Counted from the first letter of the stretch, positions 55,559 to 64,000 are shown. The stretch is 64,000 nt of DNA from an uncultured Chloroflexia bacterium (GCA_963833285.1 CAWHXM010000002.1:93446-157445); one strand, 5' to 3'. Notes: a model not told the origin generated them from the letters alone. Numbers and translations: made by a program.

Positions 55559-56465
55559 GTGACGACAACGACCATCGAGTGCATCGAATGCGGCGAGACG
55601 GTGCCGTATGGCCGCCTGTCCTGCCCGGCCTGCGGCGCGCTCCTCGCCGCCGTGAAGCGAACGCTGCCGAGCATCGACCAGCCGGCGGCGGCACCCGCCT
55701 ACCTGATCGAACCGGTTCCCTTGACGGTCGCGCCGCCGGAGCCCGAGGCGCCACCGACGCCATGGCCGCCCTTCGTGGCACCCGATCCCGACCCGGGAAC
55801 GGGCCCGTGGACGGCCGACGACCGAGCCCGAGGCGAGCCTTGTCGCCCGGCCCTACGGCCGCGTCCCGTCGGGCGGCTCGGACGGCACCGGCAGGGTCGC
55901 GCCGCCCGGTGCGTACCTCCCGCCCAGCTCCGCCCGCCCGGTCGCCTCGAGCAATGGGACCGCGGTGGCCGCCTCGACCACCTCGGGCACGACCGTCGCC
56001 GGTGCGGCCGGCGCGACGGCCGTCGGCATCCGGGATGCGCTGCCTCGCGTCGACGCCGCCCGCCTGAGCGACGTCGCGGGCTGGTTCGTGGTCGCGGGAT
56101 CGGCGATGGCGGCCCTCGGGTTCCTGCTGCCGTGGTCCTTCTCGGTCATCGGCTCACGCGGCTCGGGCGGCTATCTCGACGACTGGGGTCTCGCGAGTCC
56201 GACGCATGTGCTCGCGTTGGCGGCCGTCCTGGTCGTGCTCGCACTCGGCATCGTCCAGACGACCGTCCCGATCTGGTTGCGGACCGGCGTGCTCGGGCTC
56301 GCGCTCGGCGGGATCCTCGTCGGACTGACCTGGCCGTACGCGCTCGGCCCGCTCGGCGCCGACATCGGAGCGATGCTGACGCTGCTCGGCGGCCTCGCGC
56401 TCGTCATCGGTGGTGGACTCGCGACGTGGTCGGAGCGTCACGCCGGCGAGGGACCGCCCGTCTGA
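55559..56465 (+). pseudogene. Zinc-ribbon membrane protein, interrupted by a 1-nt insertion (possibly an assembly artefact)
   Basis: The N-terminus (MTTTTIECIECGETVPYGRLSCPACGALL) plus a Pro-rich linker are in the 55559 frame, which then reads Arg-rich junk to 57067. The +1 frame (open from ~55800, track ORF 55965..56465) gives ...EPEASLVARPYGRVPSGG... and a 4-TM domain. The switch lies within 55785-55830. Confidence 0.75.
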
Positions 56466-56585
56466 CGGCGAGACGCAGGGCGGAGGCCCGCGGGCACCCC
56501 TGCTACACTGCGCCGAGCGATTCGGCATTTCCCCAGCCCCGACGCTCGGTTCCGGCTGACGCCCAGGGAGGCAGCACCCAGGCGC

Positions 56586-57275
56586 ATGGAAGACATCCTC
56601 AACCAGATCAGCTCGACGCTCAACGACATCATCAAGAGCGACATCGTCCAGTTCGGCATCCGGGCGATCGGGCTGTACCTCGTCATCATCTGGCTGGCGA
56701 CCGCCTACTGGGCGTTCCGCGACATGCAGCAGCGGTCGGACAACGCGATCCTTCCGTACGTCGCTGCCGCCGGCATCATCCTGTTCACACCGATCTTCTT
56801 CGTCTTCGCCTACTGGATCTACAAGATCGTCCGTCCCCACGAGAAGATCGGCGAGATCTGGGAGCGCAACCTCGCCGAGGAGGCCCTGCTCGCCGAGGTC
56901 GAATCGATCCACCACTGCCCGTCGTGCGAGCGACGGATCGACGACGAATGGATCATCTGCCCGTCCTGCCGGACTCGGCTCAAGCGGGTCTGCCCCAACT
57001 GCAGTCGGCTCGTCGGGATGGATTGGTCGCTGTGCGCCTGGTGCGGCAAGGACTTCGAACGCCGTGAGGTCCCGGCGGCGGCCATGGAGGCGCTTCCGCA
57101 GCCCCGCCGGGCGACCGGACGGATCGCCGCGACTGGGACTGCCTCGCCGACCACGGCGACCGCGCCGGCTGCGCTGCCATCGACCCGGACGCAATCCGAG
57201 CCGAACCGGAGCCAGGCTCGTTCGGGCGCGACCCCGATCCCGGCGCCCGCGCAGGATCCGCTGCCCGAGCGTTGA
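56586..57275 (+). CDS. Double zinc-ribbon membrane protein
   Basis: 229 aa. Two N-terminal TM helices, then CPSCERRIDDEWIICPSCRTRLKRVCPNCSRLVGMDWSLCAWCG (two Cys4 ribbons). GGGAGG lies upstream. Confidence 0.8.
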   Translation: MEDILNQISSTLNDIIKSDIVQFGIRAIGLYLVIIWLATAYWAFRDMQQRSDNAILPYVAAAGIILFTPIFFVFAYWIYKIVRPHEKIGEIWERNLAEEALLAEVESIHHCPSCERRIDDEWIICPSCRTRLKRVCPNCSRLVGMDWSLCAWCGKDFERREVPAAAMEALPQPRRATGRIAATGTASPTTATAPAALPSTRTQSEPNRSQARSGATPIPAPAQDPLPER

Positions 57276-58372
57276 GGTTGCCCGACTCGCCGCCCGAACC
57301 CCAACGGGACGGCGCAGCGGACCGCCCGCCCACCACGACCGACGACGTCATCGACGGACCGGCGCCCCCGTCGCCGACGGCCGACGACCCGACGGACGGT
57401 CCGGCTGCCGACGAATGGCGCCGCGCGGGCACCTCCACCTTCACCATCGAGGGTCGCTCGGCGCCGGCGTTGTTCGTCGTCGGCTGGCTCGCCACGATCG
57501 TCGGTCTGGGCATGATCGTCGTCGGGTTCCTGTCGGGCGGCGGAGCCGCCGCCAGGATCCTGATCGTGCTGGCATTGCTCGTCCTCTCGGTCGGGCTGAT
57601 CGCCGCGGCGGGATCGCAGGGCATCGAGCGGCGATCGCGCGCCAGGCTCCGATACCGCGGGCCGTCGCCGTTCCTCGTCTTCGCGGCGGCGATCCCGATC
57701 TCGCTCCTGGCCGTGATCGCGCTGTCGATCCCGCTCGTCGCGTTCGGTGCCCCGGTCGAAGGCCCGCTCGGGGCATTGCTGTCGGTGGCGACCCAGGCGG
57801 TCGTCTACGTCGGGCTGGTGCGCCTGCTGGTTGTCGACACGGGCGCGCTCGACTGGCAGGCGATGGGCATCCGGGCCCTCGATCGCTTCGGCCTGACCCA
57901 GATGGCGAGCGGCGCCCTGTGGGCCGTCCCGGTCATCCTCTTGACGGCGATCGTCGCCAACATCCTGCTCGCGATCTTCCCGGTTAACCCGACCAGTCCG
58001 CTGCCTCCGACCGGCACCACGATCGGGTTCATCGTGTCGTTCATCGCCGGCGCGCTCGTGGCACCGTTCGGCGAGGAGATCCTGTTCCGCGGCTTCGCCA
58101 CGACGGCCTGGGTCCAGGGGATGGGGATGCGCCGCGGGCTGGTCGTCGGTGCCCTGTTCTTCGCGTTCGCGCACGTGCTGACCGTCGGTGGGACGTCGGC
58201 GGGCGACGCGTTCGAGCTTGCCCTCGTGGCCTTCCTCGGGCGAATCCCGGTGGCCCTCGCGCTCGGCTTCCTGTTCCTGCGACGCGGAACGATCTGGGCG
58301 TCGTTCGGCCTGCACGCCGCCTTCAACGGCCTGCTGCTGATCCTCGCCGAGATGGCCGTCCGCTCGATCTAG
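57272..58372 (+). CDS. CPBP-family intramembrane glutamic endopeptidase (CAAX protease-like)
   Basis: 366 aa. The TTG start overlaps the upstream stop. Motifs: EEILFRGF, FAFAH and HAAFNG. Confidence 0.85.
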   Translation: MRLPDSPPEPQRDGAADRPPTTTDDVIDGPAPPSPTADDPTDGPAADEWRRAGTSTFTIEGRSAPALFVVGWLATIVGLGMIVVGFLSGGGAAARILIVLALLVLSVGLIAAAGSQGIERRSRARLRYRGPSPFLVFAAAIPISLLAVIALSIPLVAFGAPVEGPLGALLSVATQAVVYVGLVRLLVVDTGALDWQAMGIRALDRFGLTQMASGALWAVPVILLTAIVANILLAIFPVNPTSPLPPTGTTIGFIVSFIAGALVAPFGEEILFRGFATTAWVQGMGMRRGLVVGALFFAFAHVLTVGGTSAGDAFELALVAFLGRIPVALALGFLFLRRGTIWASFGLHAAFNGLLLILAEMAVRSI

Positions 58373-58382
58373 GCTGTGGGTC

Positions 58383-58404
58383 GGGCCGTGCGGCCGTGCG
58401 GCCC
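58383..58404 (+). terminator. GC hairpin after the CPBP gene (possible terminator)
   Basis: GGGCCG-(10 nt)-CGGCCC begins 11 nt after the stop. It is embedded in a gccgtgcg direct repeat and has no T-tract. Confidence 0.3.
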
Positions 58405-58627
58405 GTGCCTTGCCGGCCGCCTGACCGCATCAGCTGGCGCCTCATCGTTCCGCCTCGTCGCCCCGACTCGCCGGCGTGCTTCCATAAGTCCCGGTGAACG
58501 ACCGGTTGAGCGGCCGGTGAGGGCTCGCCGATAGGCTCTGCGTCGTCCTCGAGGTCCGAATGGCGGGGGGAATTGGCGGGCTCCCGTCGTACGGGCCTTG
58601 AGGGCGCCCGACCGCCGCCTGGCAACG

Positions 58628-59398
58628 ATGAGGACCGTGATGGCTGGAACACGCGAGCTGTCGGAGGGATCATCGCCCGCTGCCGGTCGAGCGATCCGTG
58701 AGCTGCCGATCGCGGAGCGTCCGCGCGAACGCCTCGCCCTGCGCGGCGCCGGGGGTTTGACGACCGCCGAGCTCATCGGCCTCCTGTGGGGCTCCGGGAC
58801 CCGCGGGCGATCGGCGGTCGACCTGGCGACCGATGCCCTCGCCACGCACGACGGGCTGACCGGGCTGGCGCGAGCATCGGAGCTGGAGCTCGGCGCAGTG
58901 CCCGGCATCGGTGCGGCAAGGGCGGCCCAACTCATCGCCGCGTTCGAGCTCGGACGCCGCCTGATGGCGGACTGGCCGTCCGCCCGCTGGACGATCCGCG
59001 GTCCGCATGACGTGGCCGACCGGCTGATCCTGCAGATGGGCCGTCTCGAGCGGGAGGAGCTTCGGGTCGTCATGCTCGACACGAAGAACCACGTCCTCCG
59101 CGTCGCCACGGTCTACCAGGGCAACGTCTCCGCCTCTCTGGTGCGGGTGGGCGAACTGTTCCGCGACGCCGTCCGGGTCAACGCCGCCGGCGTGATCCTT
59201 GTCCACAACCATCCGTCGGGCGATCCGGGCCCGTCACCCGACGATCTGCACCTGACCGCGGAAGCACTGGCGGCCGGTCGGTTGCTCGACATCCAGCTGC
59301 TCGACCATCTGATCATCGGCCACGACGCGTACGTGTCGCTGCGAGACCGCGGTGTTGCCTTCGACCGGCCGGGCGCGGGCACGAAGGCGGCAGATTGA
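58628..59398 (+). CDS. radC: RadC-family JAB/MPN domain protein
   Basis: ERPRERL at the N-terminus, an HhH (GIGAARAAQL), and the JAMM motif VHNHPSGDPGPSPDD. Start at ATG 58628 (alternative 58640). Confidence 0.9.
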   Translation: MRTVMAGTRELSEGSSPAAGRAIRELPIAERPRERLALRGAGGLTTAELIGLLWGSGTRGRSAVDLATDALATHDGLTGLARASELELGAVPGIGAARAAQLIAAFELGRRLMADWPSARWTIRGPHDVADRLILQMGRLEREELRVVMLDTKNHVLRVATVYQGNVSASLVRVGELFRDAVRVNAAGVILVHNHPSGDPGPSPDDLHLTAEALAAGRLLDIQLLDHLIIGHDAYVSLRDRGVAFDRPGAGTKAAD

Positions 59399-59487
59399 GG
59401 GTTCCGGCTCCCTGCCGGCCCCGATATTCCTGGGGTTCCTATCCTCTGGACATCGGCTGGGTCATGGGGGTTCGCCTGAGCGTGGCC

Positions 59488-59564
59488 GCGGTCAGGACCC
59501 GTCCACCTGAACGCAGAGTCGCCAAGCCGTCCTGACCTGGCGCCAGAAGCCACGCGGTCAGGAC
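59488..59564 (+). repeat. Direct 11-nt repeat GCGGTCAGGAC (x2) flanking its inverted copy GTCCTGACC and a CTGGCGCCAG palindrome
   Basis: Copy A is at 59488-59498, the inverted copy B at 59529-59537 and copy C at 59554-59564. B can pair with either A or C, giving mutually exclusive 9-bp stems. Confidence 0.8.
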
Positions 59565-59729
59565 TGGCACGCATACCCGACCGTCGGTCCGATCGCTGCC
59601 GAAGCGCCCACCGTCGGGCGGCCGGGCGGAGACACCAGCCCCGCGCCGGCGGACACACCGGCCGGCCATGCCGCCGCGCTCCGACCGCCACGCCGACCGC
59701 CACCCGGCGGCCCACCGCGGGCGACCGGG

Positions 59730-59735
59730 TATACT
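59730..59735 (+). promoter_or_regulatory. Candidate -10 hexamer TATACT upstream of mreB
   Basis: This is the only AT-rich hexamer in a very GC-rich gap, ~120 nt upstream of the mreB ATG. No convincing -35 element. Confidence 0.25.
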
Positions 59736-59853
59736 GCCCCGGCTGCCCGCCCGACCCGGCCTGACCCGCGCGATCCGCCACGATCCCCGGCGATGCTCGC
59801 GCCGCGATCACTCCGCCACGACGAACCGCCAGCACGAAGGACCCGCCTCACTG

Positions 59854-60906
59854 ATGCTCGACCGGATTCTCGGCTTCTTCTCCCGTGACATCGGGATCGA
59901 CCTTGGGACCGCGAACACGCTGGTCCACGTGCGCGACCGGGGGATCGTCATGAGCGAGCCGTCGGTCGTGGCCATCGACGCCAAGACCAAGCGCGTCCTT
60001 GCGGTCGGGGCGGAGGCGAAGCGGATGGTCGGCCGGACGCCGGCAAACATCATCGCGGTCCGACCGCTGCGTGACGGCGTCATCAGCGACTTCGACGTCA
60101 CCGAGCAGATGATCAAGTACTTCGTCGACAAGGTCCACGACCGGGTCGGCACGATCGCCCGGCCGCGGATGCTGCTCGGGATCCCGTCGGGCGTCACCGA
60201 GGTGGAGAAGCGCGCCGTCCGCGATGCCGCGCTGAATGCCGGGGCACGCTGGGCCGGCCTGGTGGAGGAGCCGATGGCCGCCGCGATCGGTGCCGGTCTC
60301 CCGGTCAGCGAACCGTCCGGCAGCCTCGTCGTCGACATCGGTGGCGGGACGACCGAGGTCGCGGTCATCAGCCTCGGCGGCATCGTGGTCAGCCGCAGCA
60401 TCCGCATCGGAGGCGACGAGATGGACCAGGACATCGTCACCTTCGCCCGTCGTGAGTACAACCTCTTCCTCGGCGAGCGGACGGCGGAGGACATCAAGAT
60501 CGCGATCGGGTCCGCCTACCCAGGGGAGTGGGACGCGCAGCGCGTCGCCCTCCGCGGCCGCGACCTGTTGACCGGTCTGCCGCGCTCCGTGGAGGTCGGG
60601 GCCGACCAGATCCGCGAAGCGATCGAACCGTCCGTCCAACAGATCGTCGACACCGTCAAGGACACGATCGAGGAGACGCCGCCCGAGCTCGTCGCCGACA
60701 TCATGGACCAGGGCATCGTCCTCGCCGGCGGCGGCGCGCTGCTCGCCGGTCTCGACCGGCGGGTCGCCGAGGCGACCCAGATGCCGGTCCACATCGCCGA
60801 CGACCCGCTGACCTGTGTCGCGCGCGGGACGGGCGTCGTCCTCCAGGATCTCGACCGCATGGCGCGAGTGCTCGTCTCAGAGACCTACTCGCGCCCGCCG
60901 CGCTGA
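59854..60906 (+). CDS. mreB: Rod shape-determining protein MreB
   Basis: Start moved to ATG 59854 (MLDRILGFFSRDIGIDLGTANTLV). Actin-fold motifs: VVDIGGGTTEVAVISLGG and GIVLAGGGALL. Confidence 0.96.
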   Translation: MLDRILGFFSRDIGIDLGTANTLVHVRDRGIVMSEPSVVAIDAKTKRVLAVGAEAKRMVGRTPANIIAVRPLRDGVISDFDVTEQMIKYFVDKVHDRVGTIARPRMLLGIPSGVTEVEKRAVRDAALNAGARWAGLVEEPMAAAIGAGLPVSEPSGSLVVDIGGGTTEVAVISLGGIVVSRSIRIGGDEMDQDIVTFARREYNLFLGERTAEDIKIAIGSAYPGEWDAQRVALRGRDLLTGLPRSVEVGADQIREAIEPSVQQIVDTVKDTIEETPPELVADIMDQGIVLAGGGALLAGLDRRVAEATQMPVHIADDPLTCVARGTGVVLQDLDRMARVLVSETYSRPPR

Positions 60907-60934
60907 GCCGCGTTCGGTCGCACGGCGGACCGCC

Positions 60935-61903
60935 ATGACCTCCCTGCTCGCCTCCCGGGCCGCTCGTCGCCGAGGCATCGCCTTCACGGTCCTGCTGATC
61001 ATCTCCGTCATGCTCATGGCATTCTCGTCGAACCCGGCTATCCGCGAGGTCCAGAACGGCGTCAGTTTCGCGTTCCGGCCGATCCAGGGCGCCCTCGACG
61101 AGCTCGCGCGGGGTGCGGCCTCCGTGGCCGCCGCGGTCTCGGAGATCGACCGGCTGCGCGTCGACAACGCGGCACTCTATGCGGAGAACCAGCGGCTCAC
61201 CGCTGAGAACGCCCGGCTCGAGGAGATCCGCCGCGAGAACGAATCGTTGACCGCGCTCCTCCAGCTGCGCGCGGGCCTGGACTTCAAGACCGTCGCCACC
61301 TCGGTCATCGCCCGCGAGTCGTCGGAGTTCCGGCGCCTGGTCGTGCTCGACAAGGGCAGCGACGACGGCATCGCGATCGGGGACGTGGTCGTGGCCGCCG
61401 GCGGCGCGCTCGCCGGACGCGTCAACGAGGTCGGCCCGGCGAGCGCGAAGGTCGTCCTGCTCACCGACGCGCAGTCGACCGTCATCGGCCAGTTGACCGG
61501 CAACGCCGCGACCGGCGAGGTCGTCGGCCAGCTCGGAGGCGTCCTGATCATGCGCCAGATCGACGCCGGTGAGAAGGTCGCCGTCGGCGACGAGGTCGTG
61601 ACCGCAGGGATCGAGCTGGGCGGCGGCGTCCGGTCCCCCTACCCCAAGGGCCTCCTCATCGGCCAGGTCGTCGACGTCCGCCCGCTCGCCAACGACGTCG
61701 TCCAGACCGCCTTCCTCCAACCGGCGGCGCAGCTCGACAAGCTCGAGTACCTGCTGGTGATCACCGACTACCAGGGCGGCCTGCCACCGATCGAAAAGCA
61801 GCCGGTCGATTGCACCGGCGCGACGCTCCCCCAGGGCGAGCAGCCATGCCTGTCGCCGACGCCGGCCGCCAAGCCGAGCCATGCCCCGAGCGCCAGACCC
61901 TGA
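60935..61903 (+). CDS. mreC: Rod shape-determining protein MreC
   Basis: Start moved to ATG 60935. It has an N-terminal TM helix, a coiled coil (LRVDNAALYAENQRLTAENARLEEIRRENESL), then beta-barrel repeats (GIAIGDVVV..., YPKGLLIGQV). Confidence 0.9.
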   Translation: MTSLLASRAARRRGIAFTVLLIISVMLMAFSSNPAIREVQNGVSFAFRPIQGALDELARGAASVAAAVSEIDRLRVDNAALYAENQRLTAENARLEEIRRENESLTALLQLRAGLDFKTVATSVIARESSEFRRLVVLDKGSDDGIAIGDVVVAAGGALAGRVNEVGPASAKVVLLTDAQSTVIGQLTGNAATGEVVGQLGGVLIMRQIDAGEKVAVGDEVVTAGIELGGGVRSPYPKGLLIGQVVDVRPLANDVVQTAFLQPAAQLDKLEYLLVITDYQGGLPPIEKQPVDCTGATLPQGEQPCLSPTPAAKPSHAPSARP

Positions 61904-61946
61904 CCCCCGGGATGGGCGACCGGCACGGCTGCTACCCTTCCCCGCG

Positions 61947-62708
61947 ATGAAGGGCATCGTTCTCGCCGGCGGGACCGCGACGCGGCTCTACCCCCTGACG
62001 ATCGTGACCAACAAGCATCTGCTGCCGATCTACGACCGGCCGATGATCTACTACCCCATCGAGACGCTGGCCGGGATGGGCGTCCGCGAGGTCCTCGTGG
62101 TCGTCGGTGGCAAGAGCGTCGGCGATGTCGTCGAGCTGCTCGCCGACGGCTCCGCATTCGGGCTCGACCTGACCTATCGCTATCAGCCGGGTGCGCTCGG
62201 CATCGCTCACGCCATCGGGCTCGCCCGCGACTTCGTCGGCGACGACGCGTTCTGCTGCGTGCTCGGTGACAACATCCTGCGTGGACCGGCGCTGGCCGAC
62301 ATCGCGACCGTATTCGAGACCGGTCCATACGGCGCCGGGACGCTGCTCTACCGCGTGCCGGACCCGGAACGGTTCGGCGTCGCGGAGCTGGATGCCGACG
62401 GCCGGGTCATCGGCTTCGAGGAGAAGCCCGACCAGCCCAAGAGCGACCTGATCCCGATCGGCGTCTACTTCCTCCGACCCGACGCCTTCGGCGTGATCGA
62501 CGATCTCCTGCCGTCGGGCCGGGGCGAGCTCGAGATCACCGACGTGCTCAACCACTACATCCCCGGCGGCCACCTCTACAGCCCGGTCTACGAGGGCCAC
62601 TGGGCGGATGCCGGCACGGTCCCCTCCCTCCTGCGCGCCGCGGAGCTGGCCGCGGCGGACGACGCCGCGGGCCGATTGTCGCCGCCGGTCAGCCGCCCGG
62701 TCGGCTGA
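61947..62708 (+). CDS. rmlA: Glucose-1-phosphate thymidylyltransferase (short form)
   Basis: Start moved to ATG 61947 (MKGIVLAGGTATRLYPLT...NKHLLPIYDRPMIYYPI). Context with rmlB and rmlD supports the call. Confidence 0.85.
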   Translation: MKGIVLAGGTATRLYPLTIVTNKHLLPIYDRPMIYYPIETLAGMGVREVLVVVGGKSVGDVVELLADGSAFGLDLTYRYQPGALGIAHAIGLARDFVGDDAFCCVLGDNILRGPALADIATVFETGPYGAGTLLYRVPDPERFGVAELDADGRVIGFEEKPDQPKSDLIPIGVYFLRPDAFGVIDDLLPSGRGELEITDVLNHYIPGGHLYSPVYEGHWADAGTVPSLLRAAELAAADDAAGRLSPPVSRPVG

Positions 62709-62709
62709 G

Positions 62710-63807
62710 ATGGGCGACCCGCGCTCGTTCGGCCACATCGTGGTCACCGGTGGTGCCGGGTTCATCGGCTCGTGCTACGTCCGCGACCTGCTCGGCCGTC
62801 GCGACGGGACGCGGGTCACGGTCCTCGACAAGCTCACCTATGCCGGGAACGAGGCCAACCTCGCGCCGGTCCGCGACGATCCGGAGCTGGCCGCCCGCTT
62901 CCGCTTCGTCCAGGGTGACATCGCCGACCCCGCGCTCGTCGGCCCGCTGGTCGCGACGGCGGACGCCGTGGTCAACTTCGCGGCCGAGTCACACGTGGAC
63001 CGCTCCATCCTCGATCCCGAGGCCTTCCTGTCGACCGGGGTCATCGGCGTGCATGTCCTGCTCGAGGCCTGCCGCGTCGCGCCGGGCCGTCCCCGGTTCG
63101 TGCAGGTCTCGACCGACGAGGTCTACGGCTCCGTCGACGAGGGTCATGCCGTCGAGGGCGCTCCGCTCGCCCCGCGCTCGCCGTATGCCGCGGCCAAGGC
63201 GGCCGGCGAGCTGCTCGTCCGGGCCTACGTCATCACCCACGGCCTCGACGCCGTCGTGACCCGGGGCTCGAACACGTATGGGCCGTATCACCACCCCGAG
63301 AAGCTCATCCCGCTGTTCGTCACCAACGCGCTCGACGACCGACCGCTCCCGCTCTACGGCGACGGCCTCCAGCGCCGCGAATGGCTGTACGTCGGCGATC
63401 ACGCCGCCGCGGTCGACTTCGTGCTGCGCAACGGCCGGGCGGGGGAGACGTACAACGTCGCGGGTCCAACGGAGCGGACCAACCGCGAGGTCGTCAGCCT
63501 GCTGCTCGCCCAGCTCGACAAGCCGTGGTCGCTCGTCATGCAGGTCGAGGACCGGCCCGGCCACGACCGGCGCTACGCGATGGACGGCACCAAGCTCGCC
63601 GACCTCGGCTGGCGACCGTCGACATCGTTCGAGGACGGCCTGGCCGCGACGGTCGACTGGTACCGGGCCAACGAGGCATGGTGGCGCGCAGCCCGCTCCG
63701 GCGATTGGGACGGCTGGTACGAGCGTCAGTACGGCCAGCGGCTCGCGACCGGGCAGGCCGCCGCGCTGAGTGCCGACGCCGGCGCCGCGGGCGCGCCGGG
63801 CGACTGA
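62710..63807 (+). CDS. rmlB: dTDP-glucose 4,6-dehydratase
   Basis: Start moved to ATG 62710. Motifs: VTGGAGFIGS, STDEVYG and YAAAKAA (YxxxK). It has an Ala-rich C-terminal extension. Confidence 0.93.
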   Translation: MGDPRSFGHIVVTGGAGFIGSCYVRDLLGRRDGTRVTVLDKLTYAGNEANLAPVRDDPELAARFRFVQGDIADPALVGPLVATADAVVNFAAESHVDRSILDPEAFLSTGVIGVHVLLEACRVAPGRPRFVQVSTDEVYGSVDEGHAVEGAPLAPRSPYAAAKAAGELLVRAYVITHGLDAVVTRGSNTYGPYHHPEKLIPLFVTNALDDRPLPLYGDGLQRREWLYVGDHAAAVDFVLRNGRAGETYNVAGPTERTNREVVSLLLAQLDKPWSLVMQVEDRPGHDRRYAMDGTKLADLGWRPSTSFEDGLAATVDWYRANEAWWRAARSGDWDGWYERQYGQRLATGQAAALSADAGAAGAPGD

Positions 63808-64000
63808 TGCGGGTCGCCGTCACCGGTGCGGCCGGACGCCTCGGGAGTCATCTCGTCGCCGCCCTCGCCGACGCGCCGTTCACCGGACCCGCCGGGCCCA
63901 TCGCCTGGACGCGCGGGGCGTTCGACCTCGACGCACCCGGGACCGTCGGGGCCCTGCTCGACCGGGACCGGCCGGAGGTCGTGGTCCATGCCGCGGCCTG
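63807..64000 (+). CDS. rmlD: dTDP-4-dehydrorhamnose reductase (5' part; continues beyond window)
   Basis: The ATG overlaps the rmlB stop (TGATG). MRVAVTGAAGRLGSHLVAAL...DRPEVVVHAAA matches the RmlD N-terminus. Absent from the ORF track because there is no stop in the window. Confidence 0.8.
   Translation, partial: MRVAVTGAAGRLGSHLVAALADAPFTGPAGPIAWTRGAFDLDAPGTVGALLDRDRPEVVVHAAA

Noticed and set aside
59488-59564. GGTCAGGAC resembles the SRP RNA domain IV string GGUCAGGUCCGGAAGGAAGCAGC
   Set aside because: There is no GGAA tetraloop, no AGCAGC and no matching 3' strand, so this is not an ffs gene.

Overview
High-GC (roughly 70% by eye, strongly GC3-biased) bacterial chromosomal segment. The gene content fits a rod-shaped Actinobacteria- or Chloroflexi-like organism: UPF0182, GlbO, GuaB3, a SigK/RskA-type ECF pair, PdxST, MreBC and Rml genes. 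The phylum assignment is only an inference. I can support about 62 protein-coding genes, and most starts were re-derived by hand. The supplied ORF track is dominated by Arg/Pro/Gly-rich shadow ORFs antisense to, or upstream of, the real genes. I saw no rRNA, tRNA, CRISPR array, transposase or integrase.

Functional blocks, in window order:
- A USP / glycosyltransferase / ligase-like trio.
- galE, cca and a small HNH protein.
- Dispersed leucine-catabolism genes (HMG-CoA lyase, MCC alpha and beta, methylglutaconyl-CoA hydratase).
- pdxST, tightly coupled to four uncharacterised genes.
- A co-directional TldD / PmbA / cNMP-binding / MoxR / DUF58 / VWA block.
- An RcnA-like metal transporter, divergent from tmk plus an ECF sigma/anti-sigma pair.
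- A nucleotide and second-messenger neighbourhood: GGDEF, DarA, NUDIX, PPK2, GuaB3, GuaA.
- A UPF0182-centred membrane / zinc-ribbon / CPBP block.
- radC, mreBC and rmlABD.

Most notable observations:
- Five conserved genes are each broken by a single extra nucleotide, always in the +1 direction. Two of these breaks lie in the identical 8-mer.
- A DNA-ligase-like protein lacks the adenylation lysine.
- The MCC alpha subunit carries an N-terminal HTH fusion.
- A repeat-rich 455-bp region lies upstream of mreB.

All functional calls come from motif recognition by eye; no database search was run.
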